From an uncultured Oscillospiraceae bacterium (GTDB lineage Bacteria; Bacillota; Clostridia; Oscillospirales; QAMX01), in the NCBI GenBank assembly GCA_964448855.1, contig CAYUXI010000013.1, positions 674-64,673 of the forward strand: 64,000 nt of DNA, given 5' to 3'. The notes beneath the pieces are model-generated. The model was not told the DNA's origin, did no database searches, and saw nothing but the letters and a program-made list of their open reading frames with translations. This document shows positions 39,311 through 50,200 of this stretch, in pieces; position 1 is the stretch's first letter; every line of letters begins with the position of its first letter. The position numbers and the translations under genes are program-made.

Positions 39311-40384
39311 TTATTCCGCCTCGTTTTCCACGGATTGGGACTTGATATCGATTCGATAGCCGGTCAGCTTGGCGGCCAAACGAGCATTCTGCCCTTCTCG
39401 GCCGATGGCCAACGACAGCTGTTCATCGGCGACAACCACCTTGCAGCTCTTATCCTCCGGCGTGACATCCACGCTGATGACGGTGGCCGGAGCCAGTGCC
39501 GCCGCGATAAACTGCGCCGGGTCGTCCGAATATTTGACGATATCGATTTTTTCGCCGCGCAGCTCGTTGACGATTCCGGCAACTCTCGTCCCCTTCGGGC
39601 CGACACAGGCACCAACCGGGTCAACGTTCGGGTCGTTGGCTTTGACGGCGATTTTGGAGCGCAGGCCGGCTTCGCGGGCGACGGAGACGATTTCGACGAT
39701 GCCGTCGTAGATTTCCGGCACTTCCATCTCAAAGAGGCGTTTGACCAGCCCCGGATGAGAGCGGGAAATTTGCAGCTGCGGGCCCTTCAGGGTGCGCTGG
39801 ACACCGACCAGATAAACCTTCATGCGGTCGCCCTCGCGAATCGGTTCATTCTTGATCTGTTCAGCCGGCGGCAGGACAAAGGTCTGCTCCTCCGAGCTGC
39901 CCGGCAGTGTCAGAATCATATTGCCCGTGCGGAGGTCGATCTTGATCACCTGTGCCGTCAGAATTTCCTGTTCCTTGGAGGAATATTCGCGGTACAGCGC
40001 GCCGCGCTCCGACTCACGGATGCCCTGAATGATGACCTGCTTGGCGGTTTGCGCGGCGATTCGGCCAAACTGCTTCGTGTCCACTTCAACCGGAACCACC
40101 TGGCCGATGGTCGGGGCGCCGGACACATGGCGGCGCGCATCCTCCGGGCTGATCTCGGTGAGCGGATCTGTCACCGGGTCGGCGATCGTTTTGTGCGCGT
40201 ACATCCGCATGGACATGGTTTTTGGATCCATCGCGAACGAAACCTCACCATTCGGCGAATATTCGCGGTGATAGGCGGCTGTCAGCGCCTGCTGAATTTT
40301 TTCGATCATATAATCTTTGGGGATATTTTTTTCTTTTTCCAGTGCTTCCAGCGCCAGAAACAGGTTATCTCCGGATTTATCCAT
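39311..40384 (-). CDS. nusA: Transcription termination factor NusA
   Basis: FGRIAAQTAKQVIIQ, SRSHPGLVKRLFEMEVPEI, REAGLRSKIAV, QLSLAIGREGQNARLAAKLTG. Confidence 0.97.
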   Translation of the reverse strand: MDKSGDNLFLALEALEKEKNIPKDYMIEKIQQALTAAYHREYSPNGEVSFAMDPKTMSMRMYAHKTIADPVTDPLTEISPEDARRHVSGAPTIGQVVPVEVDTKQFGRIAAQTAKQVIIQGIRESERGALYREYSSKEQEILTAQVIKIDLRTGNMILTLPGSSEEQTFVLPPAEQIKNEPIREGDRMKVYLVGVQRTLKGPQLQISRSHPGLVKRLFEMEVPEIYDGIVEIVSVAREAGLRSKIAVKANDPNVDPVGACVGPKGTRVAGIVNELRGEKIDIVKYSDDPAQFIAAALAPATVISVDVTPEDKSCKVVVADEQLSLAIGREGQNARLAAKLTGYRIDIKSQSVENEAE

Positions 40385-40431
40385 GAATTTGAAGCCCCTC
40401 TCTCCCGGCCTATGCAGCCGACGAATTTGTA

Positions 40432-40911
40432 TTAAAAGTCAAAATGGATGCGGCATTGTGCCATATCGGCACGCTTCAGCCGTTTTTCTTCGCCGTTTTC
40501 TTCCAGAATCAGTTCACTGTCTGTGCGGCCAAGCAGCTTGGCTGTCAGGCTTTTGCGGCCGGAGTCATCCGGATGATACAGCTTCAGATCGACCATGCTG
40601 CCGGCGAACCGGTCAAAATCGCTGTCGCGGTACAGCTCGCGGTTGATGCCCGGTGAGCTGACCTCCAGGCAGTAGCTCTGTTCGATCGGGTCGGCTTCAT
40701 CCAGCCAGGTATCCAGTGCGCGGTTGACCGATTCGCACATATTGATATCGACGCCGCCGGGCGGATCCGTATCCAGCAGAACGCGGAGCACCCATTCGCC
40801 CGCCTCGCGGAGAAACTTCACATCCCATATCTGGCAGCCGACCTCTTCCGCGAACGGCGTCGCTGCCTGCGTCACGAGTTGTACGATCTCCTTTGCGTTC
40901 ATCGTTTTCAA
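40432..40911 (-). CDS. rimP: Ribosome maturation factor RimP
   Basis: CESVNRALD, YCLEVSSPGINREL. Confidence 0.92.
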   Translation of the reverse strand: MKTMNAKEIVQLVTQAATPFAEEVGCQIWDVKFLREAGEWVLRVLLDTDPPGGVDINMCESVNRALDTWLDEADPIEQSYCLEVSSPGINRELYRDSDFDRFAGSMVDLKLYHPDDSGRKSLTAKLLGRTDSELILEENGEEKRLKRADMAQCRIHFDF

Positions 40912-40940
40912 ACCATCCTGTTCCGTAAAATTCTCTCATT

Positions 40941-40967
40941 CAACAAGAAAGAGCGGGAAACCCGCTC
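40941..40967 (-). terminator. Leader hairpin with U-tract upstream of rimP (attenuator-like)
   Basis: Minus strand GAGCGGG-TTT-CCCGCTC-TTTCTT between the promoter and rimP. Confidence 0.55.
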
Positions 40968-41052
40968 CATCCAGACAAATCGAACAGGCCGCCTGTCAAA
41001 GCAGCAAACCGTCGAACCTCCGGGCGACGCCCATGCGTGCCCTCACGCGTTT

Positions 41053-41081
41053 ATTATATCACACAAGTCCTGTTTATGCAA
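41053..41081 (-). promoter_or_regulatory. SigA promoter of the rimP-nusA-infB operon
   Basis: TTGCAT-17-TATAAT. Confidence 0.75.
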
Positions 41082-41179
41082 GCCTTTTTCGAGATTTTTT
41101 ACCGAAAAAATGGGCGGAACACGCATTTCCGGCATCGTCAGCCGTCCGTTTGGCCGATTTGCCCGCACAGCCGCCGCAC

Positions 41180-42718
41180 TCAGCGATTGTCCTCCGGCTG
41201 CACCAGATGCCACCCGGCCTCGTCCCGCACAAGTGTCAGGCTGCCGGAGCGCAGGATTCCCGGCGCATACGACAAGCACCATGCATCCGCCTCGGCATAG
41301 GGCGTGTAGACAATCCGGTAGGTTTCGCTCGTTTCGGTGCTGGTCTGCTCGTTTCGGCTCACGCTCCAGCTTTTCATCCGAACCGTCGGATACGCATGGA
41401 GGCCGTCCGGCAGCAGCACGCCAAGGGTATGCCAGTCGTTCCGGGCGACGGCGGTGGCAAACGCCTGCGCCAGCTGCTGCGCCGTGGCCGTTTGCAGCGC
41501 ATCCGCCGACAGCTGTGTCCCCGGCTGCAGCAGGTACTGTTCGACCGGGCAGACCTTCAGCGCGACGGGTGAAACAGAGACGGTCTGCGTCTGTCCGCTC
41601 ATCAGGTTGACGTAGGTGCAGGTGTCCGAATCATGGAAAAAGACGACGGCATTGCCCGCGCCATCCGTGCGGTAGTCCATCAGAGAGCCCAGCAGCAGCG
41701 CCTGATCCTCATCCTCCGGGTATTTGACGATGGCAAGCTGATCTTCCCCGTTGTCGCCGTTGCGGCGCACCAGCGCACGGGAGCCGCCGGTCGTCATCAC
41801 CACACCGCTCCGATATTCGGCGGAGTGGCCGATCAGGTTGCCGAAAAACAGCTTTTCGCCGCCTGCTTCGGTCGAACCGAACAGCAAGCCCTCCGTCAGG
41901 ACGGCATAGAGCCGGTCTCCGGCCATTTCGATGCGATCGAGCAATTCACCGTTGGCTATCCATGAATAGGTAGAGTCGCTGGCGCGGTCGTGAAAATAGA
42001 GGGTGCCGTGCGACACGTGGAGCTCCGTCAGGTAGCCGTTGCCCGTGCGGCCGACCGTATAGATGACGGTTCGTTCGCCCGTGCCGATGGTTTGCCGGAT
42101 GATTCGCTCGACGCCGAAGTCGCTGGCGATGTAGTAGAGGGCGTCATTCAGAAAGACTGCCGTCTGCCGCGTCGGCGACAGGGCGCAGCCGTTGAGCAGT
42201 GTGGTGGACCAGACGCCGTTCAGCGGGTCATAGCTATACAGCAGTGTCTCCCCGGAAACACTCTCCGGGTCGCCTAGGAAATAGAGCACGCCGTTTTTCA
42301 TGGCACCGCTGCCGAAGGGCATCCGGTAATAGGTGGTCAGCTCTGTTCCGTCCATGTTGACGGCGCAGAGCTCACCCGTATCCCGATTGCGGAAAAACAC
42401 CCGGTTTTCCAGAATCAGAAACTCCCGATCGGCCGGGAGGTCACAGATCGCCGTGGATTGCCCGGTAGTCAAGTCCAGGCTGGTCAGGCGGTTGTCCAGC
42501 GGAGAAACGAGGACAATCGTGCTGCCGCGTCGCCAGAGCTGCGTAGACAGCACGGTTTTCTCCTGGCGGATGGTGTCCAGCGGATCCTGAAACGTTGGCG
42601 GTGCGCTCGTCTGTTCGGGGGCTTTTGTATCCGAGCCGGACGCACCGACGGCGCGACAGGCCGACAGCGACAGCAGCAGAGCGATAACAGACAGCAGCAG
42701 GACGCAGCTTTTTTTCAC
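41180..42718 (-). CDS. Lipoprotein of unknown function (beta-rich, propeller-like)
   Basis: GTG start after GGAGG; MKKSCVLLLSVIALLLSLSAC lipobox; repeated beta-strand pattern. Confidence 0.65.
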   Translation of the reverse strand: MKKSCVLLLSVIALLLSLSACRAVGASGSDTKAPEQTSAPPTFQDPLDTIRQEKTVLSTQLWRRGSTIVLVSPLDNRLTSLDLTTGQSTAICDLPADREFLILENRVFFRNRDTGELCAVNMDGTELTTYYRMPFGSGAMKNGVLYFLGDPESVSGETLLYSYDPLNGVWSTTLLNGCALSPTRQTAVFLNDALYYIASDFGVERIIRQTIGTGERTVIYTVGRTGNGYLTELHVSHGTLYFHDRASDSTYSWIANGELLDRIEMAGDRLYAVLTEGLLFGSTEAGGEKLFFGNLIGHSAEYRSGVVMTTGGSRALVRRNGDNGEDQLAIVKYPEDEDQALLLGSLMDYRTDGAGNAVVFFHDSDTCTYVNLMSGQTQTVSVSPVALKVCPVEQYLLQPGTQLSADALQTATAQQLAQAFATAVARNDWHTLGVLLPDGLHAYPTVRMKSWSVSRNEQTSTETSETYRIVYTPYAEADAWCLSYAPGILRSGSLTLVRDEAGWHLVQPEDNR

Positions 42719-42761
42719 GGGCAATCCCTCCGATCGGTTCAGTTGGGTGGTTTTTGGAACG

Positions 42762-43490
42762 TTACAGCACCAGATCGGCCAGACAGGGGCAATGATCCGA
42801 TGCCACAAGCTGCGGAATCTCCGCCGATACGGCGTGGAATTCCGGGGATGCAAAAATATAATCGATTTTGATGGTTGGCCGCTCCGACGGGAAGCTCCGG
42901 GTCTGCTCCGGCAGGAGGCTGCCGGTATCTTGAAACACCTCTGACAGCGGCTGTAGAATCGGATGCTCCGGCGGCAGGTTCAGGTCGCCCAGCATCAGCA
43001 TGGGCGCTTTGCGGCGCTCCGCCAGCTCCAGAACGGCTGCCACGGCATTCCGCTGTTCCGGCGGCGTCAGGCCAAAGTGCGTGATCAGCACATCGAAGCG
43101 CTCCGGCGCGTCGAATTCCGCGTGCAGGATGCAGCGCGGCTCACAGCCCGCCTCCGACAGCGGCAGCGGGATAGAAATGGTTTTTGCGCTGCGGATGGGC
43201 AGGCGGGAGAGGATGGCGTTGCCATACGGCCCGTTGCCCTGATCGTCGATGGCCTTGGCGAAATAGACATGGTCATAGCCCAGCGCGTCGGCGAGCAGGA
43301 GGGCCTGTTCCCGGTAGGCCGGGGAGACGCCGCGGTCGCGTACCTCATTCAGGCCGACGATATCCGGATGGTATGCGCGAATCACGTCCGCAATCTGCGG
43401 CAGGTTCAGCTGCTCCGGTTCACCCAGCACGGCGCGGTGATGATCCGCGCCGTGCTGGATGTTATACGTCATGACACGCAAATTCATCAC
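42762..43490 (-). CDS. Endonuclease/exonuclease/phosphatase family protein
   Basis: MTYNIQHG, GLNEV, YGNAILSR, LGDLN, IDYIF, SDH. Confidence 0.9.
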   Translation of the reverse strand: MMNLRVMTYNIQHGADHHRAVLGEPEQLNLPQIADVIRAYHPDIVGLNEVRDRGVSPAYREQALLLADALGYDHVYFAKAIDDQGNGPYGNAILSRLPIRSAKTISIPLPLSEAGCEPRCILHAEFDAPERFDVLITHFGLTPPEQRNAVAAVLELAERRKAPMLMLGDLNLPPEHPILQPLSEVFQDTGSLLPEQTRSFPSERPTIKIDYIFASPEFHAVSAEIPQLVASDHCPCLADLVL

Positions 43491-44692
43491 CGTGCTGTCT
43501 CCTGTTTGTCCGACCGGTACAGGCAGCGGCCGTCGCGGTAGACGCGCTGCATCCGGATGTCATTGTCGAACACGGTGAGATCGGCCTTGAAGTCCGGTGC
43601 CACGCGGCCGCGATCGTTCAGGCCCATGATGCGTGCCGGTGTTGCCGTCGCCATGCGGACAGCGTCCTCGATCGTTGCACCGGCGACATCGCGCATCACG
43701 CGAACCAGCCGATCCGTTGTGGCGACGCTCCCGGCGAACGCCGTGCGATCCATCAGCTTGGCGACGCCGTCCTCGATAATGACCGGGACGCCCGTCTCGC
43801 GGTCGCCCAGCATGGAGGTGCCGCTCGTCTGTCCGGCGGCGCGCATCGAGTCGGTAATCAGGGCGATATGTGCCGGCCCCTTGGTCTGATAGATGAGCTT
43901 CAGCAGCGTCTGCGGCAGGTGGACGCCGTCGGCAATGATTTCCACGTCCAGGTCATCCGTGATGAAGGCCGTTTCCACGGGGCCTGCATGGCGGAAGGCA
44001 TGAATCCGCTGCACGCCGGCCATGGCCGAATACAGGTGGGTGCAGAGGGAGAAGCCGTTTTCAAACGCCTCGATGACCTGTTCATAGACCGCCATCGTGT
44101 GTCCCATGGACGGCAGAATGCCCGATGCGCGGAGGCGGCGACCCATTTTCAGTGCGCCCGGCAGCTCCGGCGCGATGCTCCAGCGGACGATATCGTCCGA
44201 ATGCGACAGGATGTCCTCGACCTCCTGCAGGTCGGGATTGCGCACATAGCGCGGATCCATTGCGCCCTTCTGCGCGATGTTGAAATAGGGGCCTTCCAGA
44301 TGGAGGCCGCACAGCGCGGCGCCGTCATTTTTCATCGTTTTGGCCTTGCGGTACGCATCAAACACCGGGAACAGCGATTCATTGGTGGAGCTGACGGTGG
44401 AGGGGAAAATGGAGGTGGTGCCGTGCTCCAGATGCGCTCTGGCCGCGCCGAGGATGCCCTCTGCCTCCCCGTCCATAAAGTCGAAGCCGCCGCCGCCGTG
44501 CGTATGGAGGTCAATGAAGCCCGGCGCGATGTAGCTGTCCTCGACGTCGATTCGTTCGTCGCACGCCACATCGCCCGTTGCGCCGGTGCCGACCGCCAGA
44601 ATCCGGCCGTCCGCATCGTCAAACAGGACATAGCCGTCCTTCAGGACTCTCCACGGTGTGATGACATTTCCATGATATAAAAGCGTTTTCAC
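43487..44692 (-). CDS. nagA: N-acetylglucosamine-6-phosphate deacetylase
   Basis: PGFIDLHTHG, HLEGPY, SMGHT, THLYSAM, IIADGVH, LITDSM, ATPAR. Confidence 0.92.
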   Translation of the reverse strand: MKTLLYHGNVITPWRVLKDGYVLFDDADGRILAVGTGATGDVACDERIDVEDSYIAPGFIDLHTHGGGGFDFMDGEAEGILGAARAHLEHGTTSIFPSTVSSTNESLFPVFDAYRKAKTMKNDGAALCGLHLEGPYFNIAQKGAMDPRYVRNPDLQEVEDILSHSDDIVRWSIAPELPGALKMGRRLRASGILPSMGHTMAVYEQVIEAFENGFSLCTHLYSAMAGVQRIHAFRHAGPVETAFITDDLDVEIIADGVHLPQTLLKLIYQTKGPAHIALITDSMRAAGQTSGTSMLGDRETGVPVIIEDGVAKLMDRTAFAGSVATTDRLVRVMRDVAGATIEDAVRMATATPARIMGLNDRGRVAPDFKADLTVFDNDIRMQRVYRDGRCLYRSDKQETAR

Positions 44693-44762
44693 GAAGATTT
44701 TCTCCTTTTTTTGGCACAAGTCCCCTGCCGCCGAAGCGCTGCTCCGGCGGCAGGGGCTGTGA

Positions 44763-46331
44763 TTATTTCAGCATACTGGCTTCCCAGCAATCCGGCGCTT
44801 TGAGGCCGAACAGCGCAGCGACGGTCGGTGCGACATTCGCCAGACCGAATTCGCCGTCTGCCAGTTCAACGGTACGCTCCTTGTCGTAGACGATGAACGG
44901 AACCGGGTTCAGCGAGTGCGCGGTGCGCACCTGCAGCTTGCCTTTCTTATTCTTTTCGGCCATTTCATCGGCATTGCCGTGGTCAGCCGTCACGATCAGG
45001 GTGACATTTTCCTCGTCACAGACGGCCTTCAGCCGTGCAAGCATCAGATCCAGCGCGGAGACGGCGACGATGGCCGCGTCCATGCTGCCGGTGTGGCCGA
45101 CCATATCGCCGTTCGGGAAGTTGCAGCGGAGGAAGCCGTACTTCTTCGAGCGGATGGCGTCGATCAGATCATCCGTGATTTTGGCGCATTTCATCCACGG
45201 CCGCTGGTCAAACGGGACGAGGTCGGAGGGGATTTCGTGGAAGGTTTCGAGCTGTTCATCGAACTTGCCGCTCTTGTTGCCGTTCCAGAAATAGGTCACA
45301 TGGCCGTATTTCTGCGTTTCGCTGACGGCGTACTGGGCGATGTTGTTTTCGATCAGGAGCTCGGAGAGCGTATGGCGGATTTCCGGCGGATTGACGAGGA
45401 AGCGCTTCGGCAGCTTCAGGTCGCCGTCATACTGCAGCATCCCGGCATAGACGACCTGCGGACGGCGTTCGCGGTCAAAGAACGTGAACTGGTCGTCGTC
45501 AAACGCCATGCTGATTTCAATGGCGCGGTCGCCGCGGAAGTTGAAGAAGATCACGCTGTCGTTGTCTTCGATGGTGCCGACCGGCTGGCCGTTGTCGCCG
45601 ATGACGAACGGCGGCAGATCCTGGTCAATCGCACCGGTCTCTTCGCGCAGCGTCTCAATGGCGGCCTTGGCCGTCGCGAACTGGCGACCCTTGCCGAGGA
45701 CGTGTGTATCCCAGCCGAGCTTGACCATATTCCAGTTGGCCTGATAGCGGTCCATGGTGATGACCATGCGGCCGCCGCCGGATGCGATTTTCGCGTCAAA
45801 CGCGCTGTCGTTCAGCTCAGCCAGCTTTTCCTCCAGCGCATCGACATACGTCAGCGCGGAGGTGGCGGGGACATCGCGGCCATCCAGCAGGATGTGGACG
45901 CGGCAGCGGCGGACGCCGTCGGCCTTGGCGCGTTCCAGCATGGCAAACAGGTGGCTGATGTTGGAGTGGACATTGCCGTCCGACAGCAGGCCCAAAAAGT
46001 GCAGTGTGGAGCCGTTCTGCACGCAGTTGCCGCTCGCCTCTTTCCAGGCGTCGGAGTCGTAGATTTTGCCGCTTTCGATGGATTCATTGACCAGCTTGGC
46101 GCCCTGCGAATAAATCTGGCCGCAGCCGAGGGCGTTGTGGCCGACCTCGCTGTTGCCCATATCGTCATCGGTCGGCAGACCGACGGCGGTGCCGTGTGCC
46201 TTCAGGCGAACCGTCGGGCATTCAGCCAGCAGCTGATCAAGCGTCGGCGTGTGTGCCGCCGTGACGGCATCGCCGATGCCGGTTTTCGAAAATCCTACGC
46301 CGTCCATGACGACAAGAAGAATGGGTTTCAT
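44763..46331 (-). CDS. gpmI: 2,3-bisphosphoglycerate-independent phosphoglycerate mutase
   Basis: VVMDGVG, MGNSEVGH, LDGRDVP, NFRGDR, ETQKYGHVTYF, DMVGHTG, TADHGNA. Confidence 0.97.
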   Translation of the reverse strand: MKPILLVVMDGVGFSKTGIGDAVTAAHTPTLDQLLAECPTVRLKAHGTAVGLPTDDDMGNSEVGHNALGCGQIYSQGAKLVNESIESGKIYDSDAWKEASGNCVQNGSTLHFLGLLSDGNVHSNISHLFAMLERAKADGVRRCRVHILLDGRDVPATSALTYVDALEEKLAELNDSAFDAKIASGGGRMVITMDRYQANWNMVKLGWDTHVLGKGRQFATAKAAIETLREETGAIDQDLPPFVIGDNGQPVGTIEDNDSVIFFNFRGDRAIEISMAFDDDQFTFFDRERRPQVVYAGMLQYDGDLKLPKRFLVNPPEIRHTLSELLIENNIAQYAVSETQKYGHVTYFWNGNKSGKFDEQLETFHEIPSDLVPFDQRPWMKCAKITDDLIDAIRSKKYGFLRCNFPNGDMVGHTGSMDAAIVAVSALDLMLARLKAVCDEENVTLIVTADHGNADEMAEKNKKGKLQVRTAHSLNPVPFIVYDKERTVELADGEFGLANVAPTVAALFGLKAPDCWEASMLK

Positions 46332-46369
46332 ATTGTTTCCAGCTTTCTTTTCAGATTTGATATCCTGTT

Positions 46370-47236
46370 TTATTTGCAGTCAATCCAGCGCTTCAGGTTG
46401 GCAATGCCGCATTCGATCGCCTGCAGTGTTTTTTCCATGCCTTCAAATTCAACGGTGACATAGCCGTCATATCCGGCGGTTTTCAGGATGCGGAGATCCT
46501 GGCGCACCGGGACGACGCCGTGACCGATGACCGTGCCGCGCAGGTAATTCCCGGCGCGGGAGCAGAACCAGCCGTCTCCGGGGTTGTCCTCCATGCCGGA
46601 TTTGCGGAGGAAGTCCTTGGCGTGGACATGGACGGTGAACGGAGCCACCTTGCCGACGGCAATGGCGCTGTCCTCATCGGCGCAGAGGAAGTTGCCCATA
46701 TCGCAGAGCGCACCGTAATTTGTATGGTTGACAGCCGTGACCAGTGCGACAATCCGGTCGGCGTCCTGTGCGAACAGGCCGTGGTTCTCGCTGCAGGTGC
46801 GGATGCCGCGTTCGGCGGCATATTCCGTGACGCGGCGGCAGCTCTCCGCCAGGCGCGGCAGGACGGCGGGGAAGGTGCGGATGCCCTGATACCACGCCGG
46901 GAAGCCGTATGCGACGTCGTGCCGCATGACGGGGACGCCCAGGATTTCGGCCAGATCGACCTCACGGCACGCCTGTTCCACGGCATCGTCCGGGTTTTCG
47001 TCCTTCAGGAAATTCGCGCCGACGGCATACGCCACGATCGGCAGGCCGATTTTTTCGCTGTATGCGCGCAGCTCACGGGCGCGCTCTTCCTTCGTCATGC
47101 CCTCCGGCACGTCAAAGCCGGCGAACTCAAAGCCGTCTGCGCCGTGCTGCTTTGCGTGATCCATGGCGTCAAAGATGGTGAAATCCGCGTTGATCGCCTG
47201 GCTGTAGCTGTAGGAAGTGACCGATACTTTCATCAT
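46370..47236 (-). CDS. Sugar phosphate isomerase/epimerase
   Basis: SENHG, CDMGNF, HVHAKDF, VEFEG. Confidence 0.85.
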   Translation of the reverse strand: MMKVSVTSYSYSQAINADFTIFDAMDHAKQHGADGFEFAGFDVPEGMTKEERARELRAYSEKIGLPIVAYAVGANFLKDENPDDAVEQACREVDLAEILGVPVMRHDVAYGFPAWYQGIRTFPAVLPRLAESCRRVTEYAAERGIRTCSENHGLFAQDADRIVALVTAVNHTNYGALCDMGNFLCADEDSAIAVGKVAPFTVHVHAKDFLRKSGMEDNPGDGWFCSRAGNYLRGTVIGHGVVPVRQDLRILKTAGYDGYVTVEFEGMEKTLQAIECGIANLKRWIDCK

Positions 47237-47276
47237 AATCTCTCCTCGATTCAATCGGATACGGGGCAGGCCCGCA

Positions 47277-48407
47277 TCAGTTTAGAAAATCCTTCAGGCG
47301 TTTGGAACGGCTCGGATGGCGGAGCTTGCGGAGCGCCTTCGCCTCAATCTGGCGGATGCGTTCCCGCGTGACATTGAACTCCTTGCCCACCTCTTCCAGC
47401 GTGCGGGAACGGCCGTCCTCCAGGCCGAAGCGCAGCTTCAGCACCATTTCCTCGCGCGGAGTCAGCGTTTTCAGAACGCCCATCAGCTGTTCCTTCAGCA
47501 GCAGGAAGCTCGCCGCCTCCGCCGGTTCCGGCACATCGTCATCCGGGATGAAGTCGCCCAGGTGGCTATCTTCCTCTTCGCCGATCGGCGTTTCCAGAGA
47601 GACAGGATCCTGCGCAATCTTCATGATTTCGCGGACTTTGTCGATGTTCATGTTCATTTCTTCGGCAATTTCTTCCGGCTGCGGGTCATGTCCGAGCTCC
47701 TGCAGCAGCTGGCGGGAGACGCGGGTGACCTTGTTGATGGTTTCGACCATATGTACCGGGATGCGGATGGTTCTGGCCTGATCGGCAATGGCGCGGGTAA
47801 TGGCCTGACGAATCCACCAGGTGGCATAGGTTGAAAATTTATAGCCCTTTGTATAGTCAAACTTTTCGACGGCCTTGATCAGGCCGAGGTTGCCCTCCTG
47901 AATCAGATCCAGAAAGTGCATATTGCGACCCATGTAGCGCTTTGCAATGCTGACGACCAGTCGGAGGTTCGCCTCCACCAGCCGCTGCTTGGCGGCGACG
48001 TCGCCCGCGGCCATCCGGTGCGCCAGCTCCGTCTCCTCATCGCTGGACAGCAGATCGACCTTGCCGATTTCCTTCAGGTACATCCGGACGTGGTCGTCCA
48101 CGGCCAGATTTTCCATCAGGGATGCGTCGCTCAAATCCTCCGGCGGGATTTCCTCCAGGCTGTCCAAATCCATATCCTCGTCAGAAATCAGGTCGTCATC
48201 CGCCTGATTGACGTAATCCACCTGGATTTCAATACCCATATTTTCGAGGCCGTCAATGAATTTATCGATCTGCTCGCCGTCCAGGTTCAAATCCTCCAGC
48301 GTTTCGGAAACCTCCTTGTAGTTCAGCTTCCCGCGTTTTTTCCCCTGTTCGATAATATCGTGCAGAACGTTCATTTTTCCTTCGTTTTCCACTGCGTTAT
48401 CCTCCAT
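47277..48407 (-). CDS. rpoD: RNA polymerase primary sigma factor SigA
   Basis: [71 protein letters not shown]. Confidence 0.98.
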   Translation of the reverse strand: MEDNAVENEGKMNVLHDIIEQGKKRGKLNYKEVSETLEDLNLDGEQIDKFIDGLENMGIEIQVDYVNQADDDLISDEDMDLDSLEEIPPEDLSDASLMENLAVDDHVRMYLKEIGKVDLLSSDEETELAHRMAAGDVAAKQRLVEANLRLVVSIAKRYMGRNMHFLDLIQEGNLGLIKAVEKFDYTKGYKFSTYATWWIRQAITRAIADQARTIRIPVHMVETINKVTRVSRQLLQELGHDPQPEEIAEEMNMNIDKVREIMKIAQDPVSLETPIGEEEDSHLGDFIPDDDVPEPAEAASFLLLKEQLMGVLKTLTPREEMVLKLRFGLEDGRSRTLEEVGKEFNVTRERIRQIEAKALRKLRHPSRSKRLKDFLN

Positions 48408-50157
48408 CCCGCTGTTTGTTCTTCATCTTTACCATGCGTTCCAGCATATCCTGCTGATCTCCGCCGTCCGCCATAAGGCGGCGGCGCGACAGCGCTGCGC
48501 ACAAATCCTCCAGCTCCCGCTCCGGGTTGATATGCGGTCGTTTGGCCGCAAGAATCCGGCTCAGCAGGCGAACCGTACTGTCGTCGGCCTCGCCGCTGAT
48601 GCGGTTGAGGTGGAATGACGCATCCGTCTGGATTTTCTGCACCAGCATTTCAAAAATCCGCGCCAGCTCCGCCGATGTAAAATCCTCCGGCTGAAGCCGG
48701 GCAGCGGCGCGTTCGGCCAGCGCCGGGCGCTCCGCGATCAGCGCAATCAGGTCTTCCTCGGCACGAGCCGAGGCCGGATTTTCATAGTGGACGCCCATCT
48801 CCCGTGGCGGCTGAATGCGCTGCTCCATGCTGACGTCGGCCGCGTGCTGCTTTTTCTGTTCGGCGCGGACACGCTTTTTGCGAATCGCCGCAATTTCGGC
48901 CAGCACGGCATCCCGACTGACGCCGGCCGCCTCCGCCACGCGCCCGGCATAGACCTCCGTTTCAATTTTGGAGCCCAGCTCCGCCAGCAGCTGTGCCGCG
49001 CTGCGGATATAGCGGATGCGCTCCTCGTCATTTTGCAGATCGACGCCCGCCTTCAAGGCGGCCAAGCGGTAATCCATCTGCTCCTCGCTGCGCTCCAGCA
49101 CCCGTGCAAACGCTTCCGCGCCGTTGGTGCGGATGAATTCATCCGGGTCTTTTCCGCCCGGAACGCGCAGAATCCGGACGGTTTTCTCCGTCACCTGTGA
49201 CAGAACCTTCACCGCCCGCTCCGTCGCTGCCGTTCCGGCGGCATCCGTGTCATAGGCGATGATGATCTGATCGGCGGCCTTGGCCAGCATCCGCGCCTGC
49301 TCCTCCGTCAATGCGGTACCCAGCGAAGCGACGGCAAAGCCAAAGCCGGCCTGATGCAGCGAAACGACGTCCATATAGCCCTCCACCAGCAGAATCCGGT
49401 GGTCGCCGGATTTTTTGGCCAGCTGGTAGGCATACAGGTTATTTTTCTTGGAGAAAACGGGCGTATTCCCCGTATTCAGATATTTTTGTCCCTTGACATC
49501 GGCAGCCAGCACGCGGCCGCCGAAGCCCACCACGTTCCCGCGGACGTCAATGATCGGGAACATGAGCCGGTGTCGGAACGTATCATAAATGCTGCGTTCG
49601 CCCTTTTTGGCCAGGCCGGCCTCCACCAGCTCATAGTCGGCGAAGCCCTGACCCTTTAGGTACCGCGTCAGCGCATCCCAGGAGTCGGGGGCATAGCCGA
49701 TGCCAAACCGGCGAATCGTCGCCGCAGTCAGGCCGCGGCGGCGCACATAGGCCAGCGCCTCCTCCGAGGTTTTGTCCGCCAGCCGGTCATGGAAAAACCG
49801 GGCAGCGAGGCGGTTCGCCTCCAGTGTGCGTTTGCGGAGGTCGGCCATTCGGTCATTTTCGCCCTGCGGCATTTCCATATGGTACATTTCGGCCAGGAAC
49901 GCCACGGCCTCCGGGAATTCGAGCCGTTCGACCTCCATGATGAACTGAATGACGCCGCCGCCCTTTCCGCAACCGAAGCAATAGTACAGCCCCTTGTCAT
50001 CATCCACCGTAAAGGAAGCGGTTTTCTCCCCATGGAACGGGCAGAGTCCCCAGAGGCGACCGCCGCGATTGGTCAGCTGTGTATAGCGGGAAACGACCTG
50101 TGCCAGATCGGCACGCGCCGTCAGCTCATCCAGAAATTCCGGGGGAATTCGCGCCAT
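48397..50157 (-). CDS. dnaG: DNA primase
   Basis: [11 protein letters not shown]...CFGC zinc finger, [41 protein letters not shown]. Confidence 0.97.
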   Translation of the reverse strand: MARIPPEFLDELTARADLAQVVSRYTQLTNRGGRLWGLCPFHGEKTASFTVDDDKGLYYCFGCGKGGGVIQFIMEVERLEFPEAVAFLAEMYHMEMPQGENDRMADLRKRTLEANRLAARFFHDRLADKTSEEALAYVRRRGLTAATIRRFGIGYAPDSWDALTRYLKGQGFADYELVEAGLAKKGERSIYDTFRHRLMFPIIDVRGNVVGFGGRVLAADVKGQKYLNTGNTPVFSKKNNLYAYQLAKKSGDHRILLVEGYMDVVSLHQAGFGFAVASLGTALTEEQARMLAKAADQIIIAYDTDAAGTAATERAVKVLSQVTEKTVRILRVPGGKDPDEFIRTNGAEAFARVLERSEEQMDYRLAALKAGVDLQNDEERIRYIRSAAQLLAELGSKIETEVYAGRVAEAAGVSRDAVLAEIAAIRKKRVRAEQKKQHAADVSMEQRIQPPREMGVHYENPASARAEEDLIALIAERPALAERAAARLQPEDFTSAELARIFEMLVQKIQTDASFHLNRISGEADDSTVRLLSRILAAKRPHINPERELEDLCAALSRRRLMADGGDQQDMLERMVKMKNKQRDGG

Positions 50158-50200
50158 ATCCATCGCCTCCTTTTCCGAGATCGGGCACTGCTGCGGCGGT

